Shown: piece after piece, positions 1-13,710 of the stretch
Layout: each line of letters opens with the position of its first letter
Position numbering within the stretch: the stretch's first letter is position 1
Assembly: GCA_001643675.2 (NCBI GenBank)
Contig: LSRY02000005.1
Location: forward strand, 372,001 to 436,000
Direction of reading: 5' to 3'
DNA length: 64,000 bases
Source of the DNA: Monocercomonoides exilis PA203
Taxonomy: Eukaryota > Protista > Preaxostyla
Made by a program: the position numbers and the translations under genes
The notes under the pieces: generated by a model
Databases searched by the model: none
What the model saw: the letters and a program-made list of their open reading frames with translations, nothing else
What the model was told of the DNA's origin: nothing

Positions 1-515
1 AATTCCTTAACCTTTTCTTATTTCATTTTTTATTCAATGAAAACACACACATATATGATTTAATAAGAATTCATATATCATTAGAACTTGGTTTTCAACG
101 ATCTTTTCATTGATTTCATTGCGAAAGTTGCATTATTCTTGAATTGTTGGAAAAAAACTGAAAAATATCTGTAATCATGAATTTTTGGATAAGAAACATT
201 TAACAAAATTTGCAATGCTTTATTGTGAATATTTCTTTTCAATTATTGCAGAAACTCGTCAAAGGGCTAACTTTCTTATTGATTTATCTGATATGAAAAA
301 TTTTATTTGTTTGAATGTATTTACCAAACATGTGTATTTTCAACACATCTGCTTTAAAAAATCACAACCGAAAATGATTGATTCAAATTCGCTTCAATAT
401 TGCATATAATTTTTAAAGCTTTTCGCAAACAAACCAAATTATAATTTGGATTAAACTGCGTAAACAACATAAAAATGATCATATATGCCATAGCTTAGTA
501 TTATAACATCCGAAA

Positions 516-2223
516 ATGGTACATCCTCTGATTCAGATTGGCCTTTCGGCTGGAATGCTTCTTACAGGAACTTTAAATACTGTGTCTAAAAAACTCCAAT
601 TTCAAGTTTGCGTACCAGGTGACGACACTTGTCCTGGTGATTTAAAGAGTTTTGAATTTTTTTTTCAAATAAAAATAACTTAGTCCTTGTGAAATTTTGT
701 TCAGATTGTGATTTAACAGTCCATCCTTCAAATCATAAATTTGATAAGGTTATCATTTCTTTTAATTGAGATTTCATAACAAAGATTTTTAGCCTTTCAC
801 TCAAAGTGGCTGTATGTTTCTTGGAGAAGCAACATGCCTTCTGTTTCATGCATTTTTGCTATTTAAGAATAGAAATAAACCAAAATCGCCAGAAGAAGCT
901 GGACGTACAATGAAGCAAACTATTTTCAGAACTATAAAATACTTTCCATTGTTTATAATGCTTGCATTTTGCGATATGGTTGGAACAACTTTAGCAGCAA
1001 TTGGTCTTGTTACAATTCCATCATCTATTTACCAATTGTTTCGCGGTTCTATCATTATTTTCTCAAGTATATGGTCTGTTACTTTCTTGAGACAAAAATA
1101 TGGTTGGTACAAATGGGTCGGCATCGCTCTGGTTGTTACAGGTCTTTTGATAGTTGGACTTTCAGGAGTACTTAACAACTTAACATCAAAGAATTCCATA
1201 TCAACAGGTAAATATATATTGGGGATTGTTCTTGTTATTCTTGGACAGCTGGCAAACAGGTTTGAAATAAACATTCAACAGTTTTAAACATTAACAATTT
1301 TTATATAAATGCTTCTTAAAGCACACAAATGATTTTTGAGGAGAAATACTTGAAATCAGCAAATCTTCAACCTCTGCTAGTTATTGGATTTGAAGGAATT
1401 TTTGGGTTTCTTATGTGCGTTGCAGTGGCATATCCAATTGTATCTTCAATTCCAGGTGATGATTGCAACAAATACGAGAACGTGTTAGATGCTTTAACCA
1501 TGCTCGGGCAAAATACTTTTTTGCTAATTATGTTTCTGTGCTATTTTGCTTCAATTTCTTTTTACAATGGGCTGGGATTGACAGTGTGTTTCTTTATCAT
1601 TATTTATATAATTATTAATGTGTTTGCAAACGTTAACTATAAAAATTTCTTTCATCCCCCCCCCCATTTTTGAAAAATATTTTCAAAAAAAAAAATAGGT
1701 ATCGAAACTTCTTTCAGCAGTTCACCGCACGTTGATTGATGCGTGCCGATCAATTTTCGTATGGCTGTCGATGCTTATTGTTAATTGGTGTACAAAAGAA
1801 TCATTTGGAGAGCCTTGGCTGCAATACTCCTGGATACAGGTTATTGGATTCATTCCGCTTGTGATAGGAACTCTTATTTACAATCACGTCATCCCAATTG
1901 ATGAATGGGTGAAGAAGCTGAGGAAGTCAAAGCAGACAGCAGAAGTCAGCGGAGGAGAAGACAAGCCTTTGCTCTCATCTCAGGATGACATTCCATATCA
2001 ATCGCTGGAGGAGAAAGATGACACTAAAAGTGGAAGTTTGTTGGATGATGACATGAAAAGCGATAAAGGGAAAGAGAACGCTAATTACGGAACTTCTATG
2101 ATGTCACCTTCTCCATCACCATCACCATCACCATCTCCTTCATCGTCTTCTTCGCCATCTTCCAATATGCAGACAAATAATCCTCTCGCAACCGATAAAA
2201 ACTCTGTTAATTCAGATCACTAG
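516..2223 (+). CDS. SLC35F6: SLC35F6-like drug/metabolite (nucleotide-sugar) transporter, multi-exon
   Basis: ATG at 516 (MVHPLIQIGLSAGMLLTGTLNTVSKKLQ). Short GT-AG introns at about 649-704, 749-792, 1260-1321 and 1584-1698 join the ORF pieces. Family motifs: FDKPFTQSGCMFLGE, SIYQLFRGSIIIFS, QMIFEEKYL, IGFEGIFG, SAVHRTLIDACRSIFVW, LVIGTLIYN. Stop TAG at 2221-2223. Confidence 0.85.
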
Positions 2224-2561
2224 AGTTTTAATCTTTTTTACATTAAAATTTTCTTTAAGAGTGTTTATTTTGGAAAATATTCTTTCTTTGAAATTAATTA
2301 TTTTATATTAATAGCAATGATTTGATTTTTATTCTTAATTTTCATGACTTTCACAAACTGTATTTTAAAATTTTTGTTGATATCACATTTCTTTTTTAGA
2401 AGTCTGTTTGAAAAAAAATGATGAGAAGAGATTTCATGAATAAGAAGATTTTTTTTTTTTCTTTTTTGATGTAGATAAAATACAAATCGATTTTTATCTT
2501 GATGTGGTTCCGATCACACATTCATTTGTAATTCTTTATTTTTCGCAAAGTGCAGACAACG

Positions 2562-5500
2562 ATGGATTCTGACGATGAAGGAACAGAAGATTATCGCCAA
2601 GGAGGTTATCATTTTGTGCATATTGGCGATGTCTATAACAATCGTTTCAGAGTCGAACAGAAACTTGGATGGGGGCATTTTTCCACAGTCTGGTTTTGCA
2701 CTGATTTGTTTGATTCTTTATTTGTTATCAAATAAGTATCATAACTTATTTTTGGTAATTAACAAACATTTTTCTTTGATAAATCCGAATGATTTTTCCT
2801 TGGAATAATTCTAACTTTTTTTGTGCTATCAAACGAAAATTGAAATATTTTAATATGATTATGCTTCACAATAAATGCAAACAGACGTACAGGTAAAAAC
2901 GTTGCACTTAAGATTATTAAAAGTGCGTCTCATTACATGGAAGCTGCTCGCGATGAAATTGTTCTTTTATCTCAAATTGCGAATGGAGATCCAGATTTTA
3001 ATAAATGCGTAGTTCATTTAATCGATAGCTTTGAGCTTGAAGGTCCAAATGGAACCCGTTTGATTGTTCTCTTTCATATTTTTTCACTTTATTGTCAAAT
3101 ATTCAATTTATATTCAGACATGTGCATGGTCTTTGAAGCTTTGGGTAGCAATCTATTAGCATTAATTAGAAACTATTCATATCGTGGGATTCCTTTGCCA
3201 ATTGTGAAATACATTTGCCGTGAAATACTTGTTGCACTGGATTATATTCATCGAGAATTAGGGATAATTCATACAGACCTAAAGCCAGAAAATATTTTGC
3301 TTGAATGGCCAATTGTTTTTACTCGTTGCTTGGACGGTCAAAGACCGAAGGAATAGTTTGAATTAAAAAATTTATCATAATTTCTGAATGGATATCTTTC
3401 GATTCATTTTTGATTAAATTCGCATTTTTTGTTCATTAACTCTTCAATCTTCAACTTCTATGACAAACACAGTCCCATCTCATCAGACGCCCAAAGCGAG
3501 TCTTTTTTGCATGCGCCAATTCCTCAGTCGCCATCAATGACTCCGCCTGGTGACGAATACAATGAGACTCAACAGACTCCTTCTGCTCAAAATGAGATAT
3601 CATTTGGTAACTCTGAAGGATCGCAACCATCTGCTTCAACGACCACAGAGATACAGTCACAAGCCCATTTGCCTTCCACTTCTGGTGAGAATCCGTCAAG
3701 CAAGCAGGATAACACTGTAACTGCTGAGGCGGCGACTGATGCAACAAGTGAGTCATCATCATCATCTTCTTCTTCATCTTCTGCTTCAGAAGAGGCACTC
3801 CCTTGCGTCAACCCTTCTCCCACACCATCTCCGACATACCTCACTCTTCAGTCTATTCTACCGTCTGATGTCATTTGGTCTGAGCTGTCAGCCAAAGAAA
3901 AGCAGAAATACAAACAAAAACTGGCAAAAAAGCGGAGAAAAGAAAAGCAGCGAATGGCAAAAGCTGCGAAAGAGGCAGAGTCAGAAAGAGAAGAAAAGAG
4001 TGAAGGTGCTTTTGTTGAAGAGAAAGCTATCAAAAAGACAGAAGCAGAAGAATTGCCATCTTCTTTGGCAACTGCTTCGATTGACTCGACTGCGAAGGAT
4101 GAAAGACAAAAGAGTGATTGCATGAAACGTTCAGATGCAGTTGTTATTAAAGAAGAAGAAGAAGAAGAAGAAGAAGAAGAAGATGATGATGATGATGAGA
4201 ATGATGAAGACGATCAAGCTATTCACAAAGAATCAACAAAGGCTGGTGACAATAGAGATATTCTGACGAAAAAAGAAGATGGAACAACAGAATGTGAAGA
4301 TGGAAAAGCAACGCCTCATCTTTTGGAAGAAGACATAAATGCAGAAAGGAACGAGGAAAAACAAAAAACTGTTTCTTTTGATGCTCCAACGAACACACAG
4401 AAATCAAATGCATCGATTTTATCCACACCAACCACAAAGCAAGACAGACAGCCATTTTCAGCTGAATCTTCTTCAAAAACAGATTCTTCTTCTGTTTCAG
4501 ACGCTGAAATGCTTTTGGACGACCCAATCTCAACGCCATCTATCGACACCTTGACTGATTCACTTTCACGTCTTTCGATTCACCCCACTCCACACACTGA
4601 ACAAAACACGTCATCTTCTTCATCCTCATTCTCTCCCTCTTCCTCATCTTCCTCTTCCTCATTTTCATCTGACACTTCTTCTCCAAATGTCACTTCAACA
4701 GCAGCATCGTCTGCTCCTCATTCACCCAACACACCCACTTCACCATCCCATCCTCTTTCGCCTTCTACCAACTCTTCCTCCACCGACAACACTTGCAGCT
4801 CCTTCGCTCTCATTTCACAGACTGAAACTTTGTCGCCTGCTGTTTTTGCAATGCCATTTCCTGCTTTTCGCAAAAAGATTAAAAACGACAATGAAACTAC
4901 TGAGGCTTCTTCTTCTTCTTCTTCTATTCCATCGAATGCCAATCCGAATCAATCTCATCTGTCCAATTCGGATTCTTCTCCACTACACTCTTCAAATCAA
5001 CCAGAATCTGTTCTTGAAACTTCTGACAATCAGAATTCTTCATCTTCATCTTCTACTTCTGCACATTCATCACGAGCAGCTGTGTTTGAAGAAACTGATT
5101 CAAAATCATCTCCTCCTGCTCCTTCATCTCAAGATGGATCCCTTTCAGCCAAAAAACAGACAAATGAAGAGAAAGCAAACTCAAACAATGCAAATGCCAC
5201 AAACATGCCAATCATCAAGCCAGAATTCAAGAAGAAAACAGACTCACAATCATATTCACCAGATTTTGCATCTCCACCAGCGTCACAGCCTCGTCCATCA
5301 CAACACATAGCATCCACCACCTCAATCAGAACCAACTCCATTTCCTCGCCTGTTCCATCTCCTCCTCCCTCAGCCCTCCCCGTGGGGCCATACTTGCTGG
5401 GCACTGTCCCGAGGGAAGGCTACTCCAAATACGACGTCAAAGTGGTGGACTTTGGGAATGCGTGCTGGATCGACAAGCACTTCACGTCGAACATCCAGAC

Positions 5501-6613
5501 GAGGCAATATCGCTCGCCTGAGGTCATTTTGGGGTATGACTACGACGAGAGGACGGACATCTGGTCGTTCGCATGCATCGTCTTTGAGCTTTTGACAGGC
5601 GATCTGCTGTTTGAGCCGCACTCGGGCGACAACTACGACAGAGACGAAGACCACATTGCGATGTTTGTGGAGCTTCTGGGGCCGGTCAAAAGGGAGTCTG
5701 CAATGAAAGGGAAGTGGTCGCGGCAGATCTTCAACAGGAGAGGAGAGCTGAGGCACATCAAGCAGCTCAATCTGTGGCCCTTGCGCTCGGTGATGATCAG
5801 AAAGTACCACGCCCTGCCGCAGCAGGCAGACGAGTTGTGTGCGTTTCTGCTGCCTTGTCTGGACTTCAACTCGAAGAAGCGGCCTTCCGCAGAGGAGCTG
5901 TTGAAACACCCGTGGCTGAACATTCGTGAGGGGGAGTCGCTGACAGGGGTGAGCTGGGTGGAGAAGCCGATTGCAGGGCGGGCAGACATGAGCGGTGGAG
6001 GAGATACTGACCCGCTGGTTGACAAGGAGATGGTGGAAAGAGAGCGGAAGAGGGCGGAGGCACTGGAGAGGAGGAAGATAAAAGAGATCGAAAGGAAGAG
6101 GAAGCGCGATCAGGAGGCACAACGGCGTTTTTCTGTGAGGCAGCACAAGTTGGAGCAGAGGCAGCTGAAAGGGAAGATGAGAGAAAGGCTGATAAGCGGA
6201 TGTTCAGATGAAGAGGCAAAAATGATGCTGAAGCAGCTGTTTGGGATTGAAGTGGAGGAAAATGATGACTTGCTGAGAGTGTTAGAGGAGCTTGGGATCA
6301 GCAGTGGATCGATGGAAAGTGATGACTATGAAGAAGAAGAGGAAGAGGAAGAGGAGGAAGAGGAGGAAGAGGAAGAAGAAGAGGACGAAGATGATGATAA
6401 CGAAGACTCAGAGGATTTAATTGCACATCAGATGGATCCAGTTGTTGTTGTTGATGATGACTCAGACGAAGAGAGCAACGATGAAAGAGAGTCAAACAAA
6501 ACAGGAAAGAAGCAGGCTTCGAAGGAAAACTTGAACGAAAACAATAAAAATAACACGGAGGAAGGAGATGAAGAAGAGAATGACGATGAGGAAGGAGATG
6601 TTGAAGAATCCGA

Positions 6614-6646
<33 letters not shown>

Positions 6647-7868
6647 TGATGAAGATGAAGAAGATTCTGAAGAGGAAGAGGAGAACGAAGAGGAGCAGTC
6701 GGATGAAGAATATGAAGAAGAATACGATGAATCTGATGAAGAGAAAGAAGAAGATGATACTGAAGGGAAATATACAGATAAAGAAGACGAAGATGAGGAA
6801 GACGAAAACGAAGAATCCGAAGGAGTTTCAGAAGAACTTTCAGAAGCAGATTCAGGTGGAGAATCAGAAGCATCGAGCGAAGCATCGACTCGATCGTTTT
6901 CTGTTGAAAGCGGAAGACAGACCGAAGGGTCGTTGAGTGAGTCATACAGCGAGGAAGGGAGTGATGAAGAGATGGCATCTGAGGCAGAGTCAGAGCAAGA
7001 AAGCGAAGAAGGAAAGGAAGAAGGTACAAAGAATGACGAAAGTGCAGAAGATGAAGAAGAGAAAGAAGAAGAAGAAGAAGAAGCTGAAGATGAGATAAAA
7101 ACAGACTCAAGTGAAACTGATGAAAATGATAGAGAAGAAGAAGAAGGAGAAGCTGAGGAGGAGGAAGAAGAAAATGATGATGAAGAAGAAAAACACACAG
7201 AAGAAGCAGATGAAAGCGAAGTAATCCAAAAGAGAGAAGAAAGAGGCAAAAAGATCATTGACGAAAGCATAGAAAGGAGGATGGAAGCAGGAAGAGACGG
7301 CACGCTGAATGAAGACGAGAACTATCAGCATTCTCTTATTTCATCTGCATTGGGGATGCGCAGGGACGAGGGCCATCTATACAGAAAATCGCATCTTCGT
7401 TCTGATGAAAAGGGCAGACAGAGCGACAGAGAAGATGAGCTGGAAGGCGATGTGTTGCATGTTTCATCGCCATTTGCAGAGGACAGGCAGCATTTGCACC
7501 AGAGCATCAATGCGCACCGCTCGCTGGAGCATCAGCTGCAGGAGATAAACAAGCTTCTGCAGAATGCGCAACAGTCAGAGCTGGATCTTCCGCCAGAGCT
7601 TGTGTACAAATATTTCTACTACGAGAAAATGCTTCTGGACGGGGCAACTGGGCATTTTGCGTCGCTTCCGCAGCAACTGCAACAGAAAGAAAGAGAGAGG
7701 AGTCATATGATAGATAGTGCTGAAGAAGAGAAAGCAACGGAAAACGAAGAAGCAGAAGATTCAGAGAGCGAAGAAGAGCAAGAAATATTGCACGAAGAAT
7801 CTGCTGATGATGATGCTTCAAAGCAAAATATTAATGATGAAGTTGAAAAAGAAGATAAGGAAAAATAA
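2562..7868 (+). CDS. SRPK: SR-protein kinase (SRPK family) with a very long spacer insert and acidic C-terminal tail
   Basis: N-lobe DYRQGGYHFV...KLGWGHFSTVW; VALKIIKSASHYMEAARDEI; IIHTDLKPENIL; then a Ser/Glu-rich spacer; then VVDFGNACW, IQTRQYRSPEVILG, DIWSFAC. Three introns with GTTTG donors (about 2707-2884, 3058-3117, 3356-3472) splice in frame. An upstream exon cannot be excluded. Confidence 0.93.
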
Positions 7869-9259
7869 GGGGAGAATAACGAAACGAAAATTTTGAAAAG
7901 AATTTGTTGAAGATTTGAATTATGCGAATCTTTTCATGATTGAATCAAAGAACTTATCGTTTCTTGTCACAAAATATAAAAAGAAAAAGAAAAAGAAAAC
8001 TTATTTCACCTCTGGCATGACATGTTTTATATTTGTTAAAAAACAGCGTTTATAAATGCATTTAGTTTCATTTTCTTTTTGGATCATTTTTTCTAGAATT
8101 TTTGTGTTTGAAATTTTAATTTTGATTCTCTCCATTGGGATGAAGTAACATTCAAATTGGATCGATTTTTAATTTTTTTGAATGAAAAATATGTTCAAAT
8201 CTGCGGATAAAAAGGTTTGCCTTTAACAGAATAATTACACCAAAAATTTATCAACATCCAAAAAGTTTTAAAACACGATCGAAAAAATTGAATTTATGAT
8301 TGAAAAATATCTAACCTTCGAAATTTTTAAAAATTAATAAAAATCAGATTCTCATCACTTGCATTTCTATATTGTTAAATAATCCGAGAAAGTGATAAAT
8401 TTGAACAAATAATATATATTTTTTCTTTTATTAGATGAAATTTGAATAAACTTCTTTAATTCAAATAAACCCATTTAATTCAAATGAAGTTTGTTTATTT
8501 TAAATGAAGTTGGAACATTTTAATTAAAGATTGCATATGCAAATTAACGCTGAAATCCATCATGTTAAAGCTTTGATAAATTATATTTCATCTTTCAAAA
8601 TTACTAATTGGCTCATTTGGTGTTGTTTCTTAAAGTCTATAGAATTCAATTTTTTCAACGGTTTTGATCTTTTTGATATTAATTGGAAATGAAACAAAAT
8701 CACAACAAAATGAGCTTCAAAGACAAAAAAAAAGAAAAATTTCGTGAGTTGAAAGTTTGTTTCGTTTATATTTTTATGTTTTTTTTTAAAAAACCAGAGA
8801 TGAACGATTTTTATTTGGATAAAAATGTTATGAGGAAAAGTGAAATGCTCTGAACAATTTCAATGTCTAATACACAAATAACTGCAAAAGTGTACGAAAT
8901 GAAGCGTGGAAGCTGACAAACTTAATTTTCTTTTTTCTTCTTCCTCTCCTTCCCCCTCTTCTCCACCCTAAACAATCTCCTCCCACATGCCCACTCCCCA
9001 ATCCCAACCTCCTTCTCCATCTCCCACTCCTCTTTCTCCTCCTTCATCTCCCTCATCCAGCCTTTCCTTTTTTCTCCTTCTTCTCTCTCTTCCTCGTCCT
9101 CTTCTCCATCCCCTTCCCTTTTCCCTTCTCTTTCATCTTTCTCATCCTCATCCTCATCATCTTCTTTTTCTTCCCCTTCCCCTTCCTCTTCCCCTTCGAT
9201 TTCCTCTTCCCCATCCCCTCTCCATATCCATCACCAATCCCATCCCCACCTCCAAATCC

Positions 9260-10335
9260 ACCTCAATCTCCATCTCTCAAACACCCTCTTCTCCAACATC
9301 TCCTCTCCCCAATCCCCTCGATCTCTTCCATCCCTTCCCTCCCACTCACTCAATCCATTCATCTCAACCACCTCTTCCTCTTCTCTCTCTTCCACCAACA
9401 TCAACATCAATTTAATCCCCTCCTTCTCTCTTCACTCATCCCTTTCCATCCACTCAACCATCTTCAAACACACCCACAACCCCATCGATGGTGCCATCCT
9501 CCCAAACCTCAACAGCCCTTCCACTTCTCTTTCTGCCTTCAATGCTTCTTTCCTCCACCAAACACGTTCTTCACCAAATGCTCCAGTGGTGCATGTTGGA
9601 AATGAATCTCAAAGAAAGAAACAAAGCAGAATGTCTGAATTTGATGAGAACAACCATCGCTTCGAATGGTGCGAATGGAATGATTCAAATGGTGGAAGCG
9701 ATTGGGGTGGAGCGCTCAAAGTCAATTGCACAAATGCAAATCTCACGATCACTTCTTGCTCGTATAGCAAATGCTCAACAACAAAACATGGTGGAGCGTT
9801 ATATTGCGATTATTTGTTAAAAGTTGATATCGCAAAATCCAATTTCACAAGCTGTTCAGCTGCTCATGCAGGAGCAGTCCATGCTACAAGTCCACGATCA
9901 AATTCTGTTTGGACATTCTCAGAAAACAGAGTGGAAAGTTGTTCAATAACAAACTATTGCGGAACTGGTTGGTACTTTTTCCTCTATTACATACCATCAG
10001 ATGCAAAATTCCTATTCAAAAGTTACGTCTGCATTGCAAATACTGGTGGAGATGCGGCTGGTGCAATCACGTTTCATTTCCCTCCACCAGTTATAACTCC
10101 TCAATATTTTCTCCAAGAGTTCCAGTTCATCAACAACAAAGTCGAAAATCCATTCACCTTCGGTGGTGCTGCCCTGTGTTGCACAAGAATATTTGATTGG
10201 ACGAACGTAATTAAATTCATCACATTTTGTTTCTTCAATTACAACAACGCTTCTATTTGCAGATGGAATGATGTGTTTTTCAATGGAAGCATAATCACAC
10301 AATCCCCATTTGATAATTGTATATCATCAATTTAA
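9260..10335 (+). pseudogene. Fragment of a Cys-rich GGA-repeat (beta-helix-like) surface-protein family gene
   Basis: IDGAILPNLNSPSTSLSAFNASF...FEWCEWN...GGAL aligns by eye with YDGGIVPSLNSPSSSLAASNTSF...FTWCVWN...GGAI at about 55190-55440. No clean start; truncated. Confidence 0.65.
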
Positions 10336-10470
10336 ACAAAAATAATTAGAAATATCGGAACTTCTGGATAAGAAATTATCAACGTTTGCTCCGTTTCGTC
10401 TCTTCTCCCTTTTTTCCTACAAATAAATTCCATATACCATTTTTCCACACTCTTTTCTTCCTTTTCTTCT

Positions 10471-11750
10471 TCACATTCTCTTCCTATTCCTACCGTTTAT
10501 CCTCTGCATTTTTAAATCTTTTTTTGATGATGATGAATTTGCGCATCCACTCCTCTCCTGGTTCTCATAAATCCATCTCATTATTTCCTCTTTTTGCTTT
10601 TGTCCTTTATATTCCTTAAAAATAAACTTCATGCCTCCATTAAATTTCTCTTCTTCTTCCTCCTCTTCTTCCTTCTCCAAATCAATCGAACTTCCCTCTC
10701 TTCCTTGCTTCTCATTCATCCCCAAATCATTCGTACACATTTCCACCTGTTCCACATCTTTTCTCACCCACTCTGAACTTCCATCTGAAGTTATTCCTGA
10801 AAACCCATCTGCTGCTTCTTCTTCTGCTCTCCTGTTCTCCTGTTGGATTCCATCGGATGGAGAAGAATCACACACTTCACTTTATGCTTATAACTGTTTG
10901 TCTGCCTCAGCCTCCGTTCCCGCCTTCACAAACCTCAGCCCACTCAGCCCAAGCGCCTCCACAACAAGCAGCGCTATCGCTTCTTCCAGTTTCCCCTGGT
11001 TCTCTTTGATTCTCTCCACAAACTCTCTGCGCGCTGTCGGATACCCACCTTTCTCCTCATTCCCATCACCTTCCTCTGCCTCTTCCCGCTCATCAAACAC
11101 TGCCTGCACAATCACTGCACGAGATTGAACAATATCTTCAATCCTCAGCCCCGCTGCCGACAGCCCCTTCTCCACAATCCCCCCCACTTCACACACTGCA
11201 ATCCCTCGCCCCATCACTTCGTCGTCCAGCTTCACCACCACACGCCTCGACTGCGGCGATCGCGACACCAGCCGCGCTATCGCCGACGGCAGCAGCGACG
11301 GGTCAAATAGATCGTTGATCGACTGGTACGCATTCACATCTGCCGCTGCAAAGATCCGCTTGCTCCCCGACTTCGTGCCCACCGACGCTGCAAGTGACGG
11401 AAGCTGCCCCACCAGCGGAACCGAAAGCATAGCCAAAAGTGCGACAATCCAGGCGCAAGCAACATTACCATTCAGCAACGCTCTCCGCGTAACAACATAT
11501 CCCCGCAACGTCTTCGGTGGATGGGGTGACAGCTGCATATGCCGCACATACACCCCAGCCGCCTCTCGATGCAGTCCATCGCTGCTGCCGACGTGTATGA
11601 CGCAGCCACCGCTGACGCATCCGAATGGTTAATCGCAGGCGCTGATGATGGCAGATCATCCCCTGCCGCCTTCTTCTCTTCACTTCTCCGATTCCGGAAT
11701 GGAAAAGTTGATCGGCGTGCTGCTCCATATCAGAATGAAGAAATATATTA
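10471..11750 (-). pseudogene. IQCH: IQCH-like (IQ domain-containing protein H) gene fragment with frameshifts and stops
   Basis: VPLVGQLPSLAASVGTKSGSKRIFAAADV...DLFD...RRVVVKLDDEVMGRGIAVCEV matches the conserved IQCH segment from memory (PILG..P....YSTKSGSKRVF...WLFKMD.EF.G.G.A). In-frame TAA at about 10888. Confidence 0.7.
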
Positions 11751-13423
11751 GGAAGATGGGATTTGATCTGGAAGAAACAAAAGTGGAAGAAGAAGAATGA
11801 AGAGAAGATGAAAATGAGCCATTGCTTTCTACGGTACGTGAGAAGCAGTTTTTCATAGAAGGTGAAAGAATGTGTTTTCGAGTATTTCTGCGTTGAATCC
11901 CCACCAGCAATAAGTGAGGATGAGAAGGCGGGAACAGATCATTGCAGTTCGAAGGATATGAAGAAGAAAAAGATGTTATGATGAAATTATTTGATATTTG
12001 GAATAATGAAGGTTGTCGATAACAACTGCATCGATTCTCGTTGAAATCTATCTTGATTTGATTTAAACTTCATTGGTCGCATATTCTTCTGGCAAGCAGT
12101 AATTGCTGGATCCTTCAAACATTCAACTTGCCCCTTCACTTCTTTCCAACAAAAAATAGGTAACAATTGGCAATTCCTATTTCTCTTTCCTCATTTCCTC
12201 ATTTTCCTCTTTCAATTCCTTTTCTTGGTAAAAAATATCTTTCAACTTAAGCATTTCCTCAACTAGAACTAAGGTCAAGCGTTTTATAATGTTATATTCA
12301 CGCTCAATTTATGTATATCCACCTTTTCTCATCCGTCTTTCTTTTTTTTGATATGTTCTTTCCTCCTTATTCTTCATCTCGCTGAAAATGGATTTCTTCT
12401 TCATCTGAAAATCAGTCGTCATGTTTCAATTCTGTTTCTCTTTTGTCAAGTTCCATATTATCATTTCATCAGCAGAAATAAAAATATGAATATTCAAATG
12501 CGTATAACAACACATTCAACATTATTCAGGAAAATAAACCTTCAAAATAACTTGCAAACATTAATTCTGATTCAAGTATGAACGTTTAAAAAATAATTCT
12601 TCATTACTGACCCACGAATACGCCTTTAAACTATTTGTTTTTATTTCACCATCCATCAACAATTTGCGTAAAAAAGTGATGATCCCTCGCTTTAAAAGAA
12701 CTTGCATGCTCCATGTATTAGGCTTGCAAAATGATCCATTGTCTTGTTAGCCAAACATCGAATATCTGCAATTTCAAATTTCCATATTTTTTTGATTTTT
12801 TGTTTTCAACAATTTCACTTAATCAGATAAGCGATAAAAATTGTTTTTGATTAATGTATTTATAATGTTTGCATATTTGGAATTTCCTTTATTTTCATCC
12901 AAACCAATGTGTTCATTTTTTTGAATTTCAGAAAAATGAAATCATATTTTCACTTATTCACAAGAGAGAAAAAAACATAAAAATAATTTTTATTGAACAT
13001 CTAAATTATAATGTTCATTATTCTGTTCTTAATGAAATCATGATTTTTCAGAAACTCAAATGAAGTTTGGAATTTCTAAATGAAGTGAGTTTATTTGAAT
13101 AAATTGTGTCTTATTCAAATAAAGTTATATTTTTTTCGAATAAAATGGAGTTATTTAAATTGAAATTTCTTATTTGAATTTCATCTATTATTGCGTTCTT
13201 TAGTGAAAAAAAGCTATTATTGGTTTGAATTGAATTTTCAATAATATTTGACATGTGTTCGGGAGAAAAAATGACAATTATTCAAGCATTTGAAGAAATT
13301 ATTTTGGTTGGTGTTTTTATTTGCACCCTTTTTTTATAAGCACAAAATTTTTGAAATGAAAAATAAAAGGCATGATTTAAGAAAGGTGGACAAAAAATTT
13401 TTATTGAAAAAATGGCAAAAAAG

Positions 13424-13505
13424 AGCACCCCTCCGGGTTCGAACCTTCGACTCACCAACTTGCAAGTTTGTTAGCAAGTCGCTGGTGCCGATCGGCTAGA
13501 GTGCT
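13424..13505 (-). pseudogene. tRNA-like sequence (possibly Val-AAC derived) with Pol III A/B boxes and a T6 terminator
   Basis: Minus strand: acceptor stem AGCACTC/GGGTGCT; A-box TAGCCGATCGG; ACTTG-CTAACAA-(ACTTG)-CAAGT; B-box GGTTCGAACCC; then TTTTTT. The T-stem is mostly unpaired, so it is probably not a functional tRNA. Confidence 0.65.
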
Positions 13506-13547
13506 CTATTTTTCTATACTTTTCTTACACAAATATTTATAACAAAT

Positions 13548-13710
13548 CCCTAACCCTAAAAATTGATCAAAAAATAAACCACTTTTTTCGAGCGCAAACC
13601 CTAAAAAGAAGAGCGGGAACAAAACCCTAAGCCCAAGAACTGTTACGCTAACCCTACAACCTAAACCAAACAATTAATACAGAGATTATTTTTGAATTTT
13701 TACCCTAAAA
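13548..13710 (+). repeat. Scattered telomere-like CCCTAA motifs inside the MITE
   Basis: CCCTAACCCTAA at 13548; AAACCCTAA at about 13596 and 13622; TAACCCTA at about 13649; ACCCTAA at about 13702. Confidence 0.6.

Larger units (their letters stand above)
8432..13187. mobile_element. Non-autonomous cargo-carrying (Pack-like) element with degenerate terminal inverted repeats
   Basis: Left end TAGATGAAATTTGAATAAAC...TTCAAATAAACCCATTTAATTC resembles the reverse complement of the right end (TAGATGAAATTCAAATAAG...TTTAAATAACTCCATTTTATTC). Both arms carry repeated TTCAAATRAA motifs. Possible TSD TTAT or TATTA. The interior is gene fragments between AT-rich arms. Confidence 0.6.

Noticed and set aside
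5370-7303. Long minus-strand ORFs opposite SRPK (similar ones lie opposite 36457-40653)
   Set aside because: Antisense shadows of biased, low-complexity coding sequence.
13424-13505. Functional tRNA-Val gene
   Set aside because: Only two T-stem pairs, an abnormal D-arm and an extra 5 nt in the anticodon arm. Kept as tRNA-like only.
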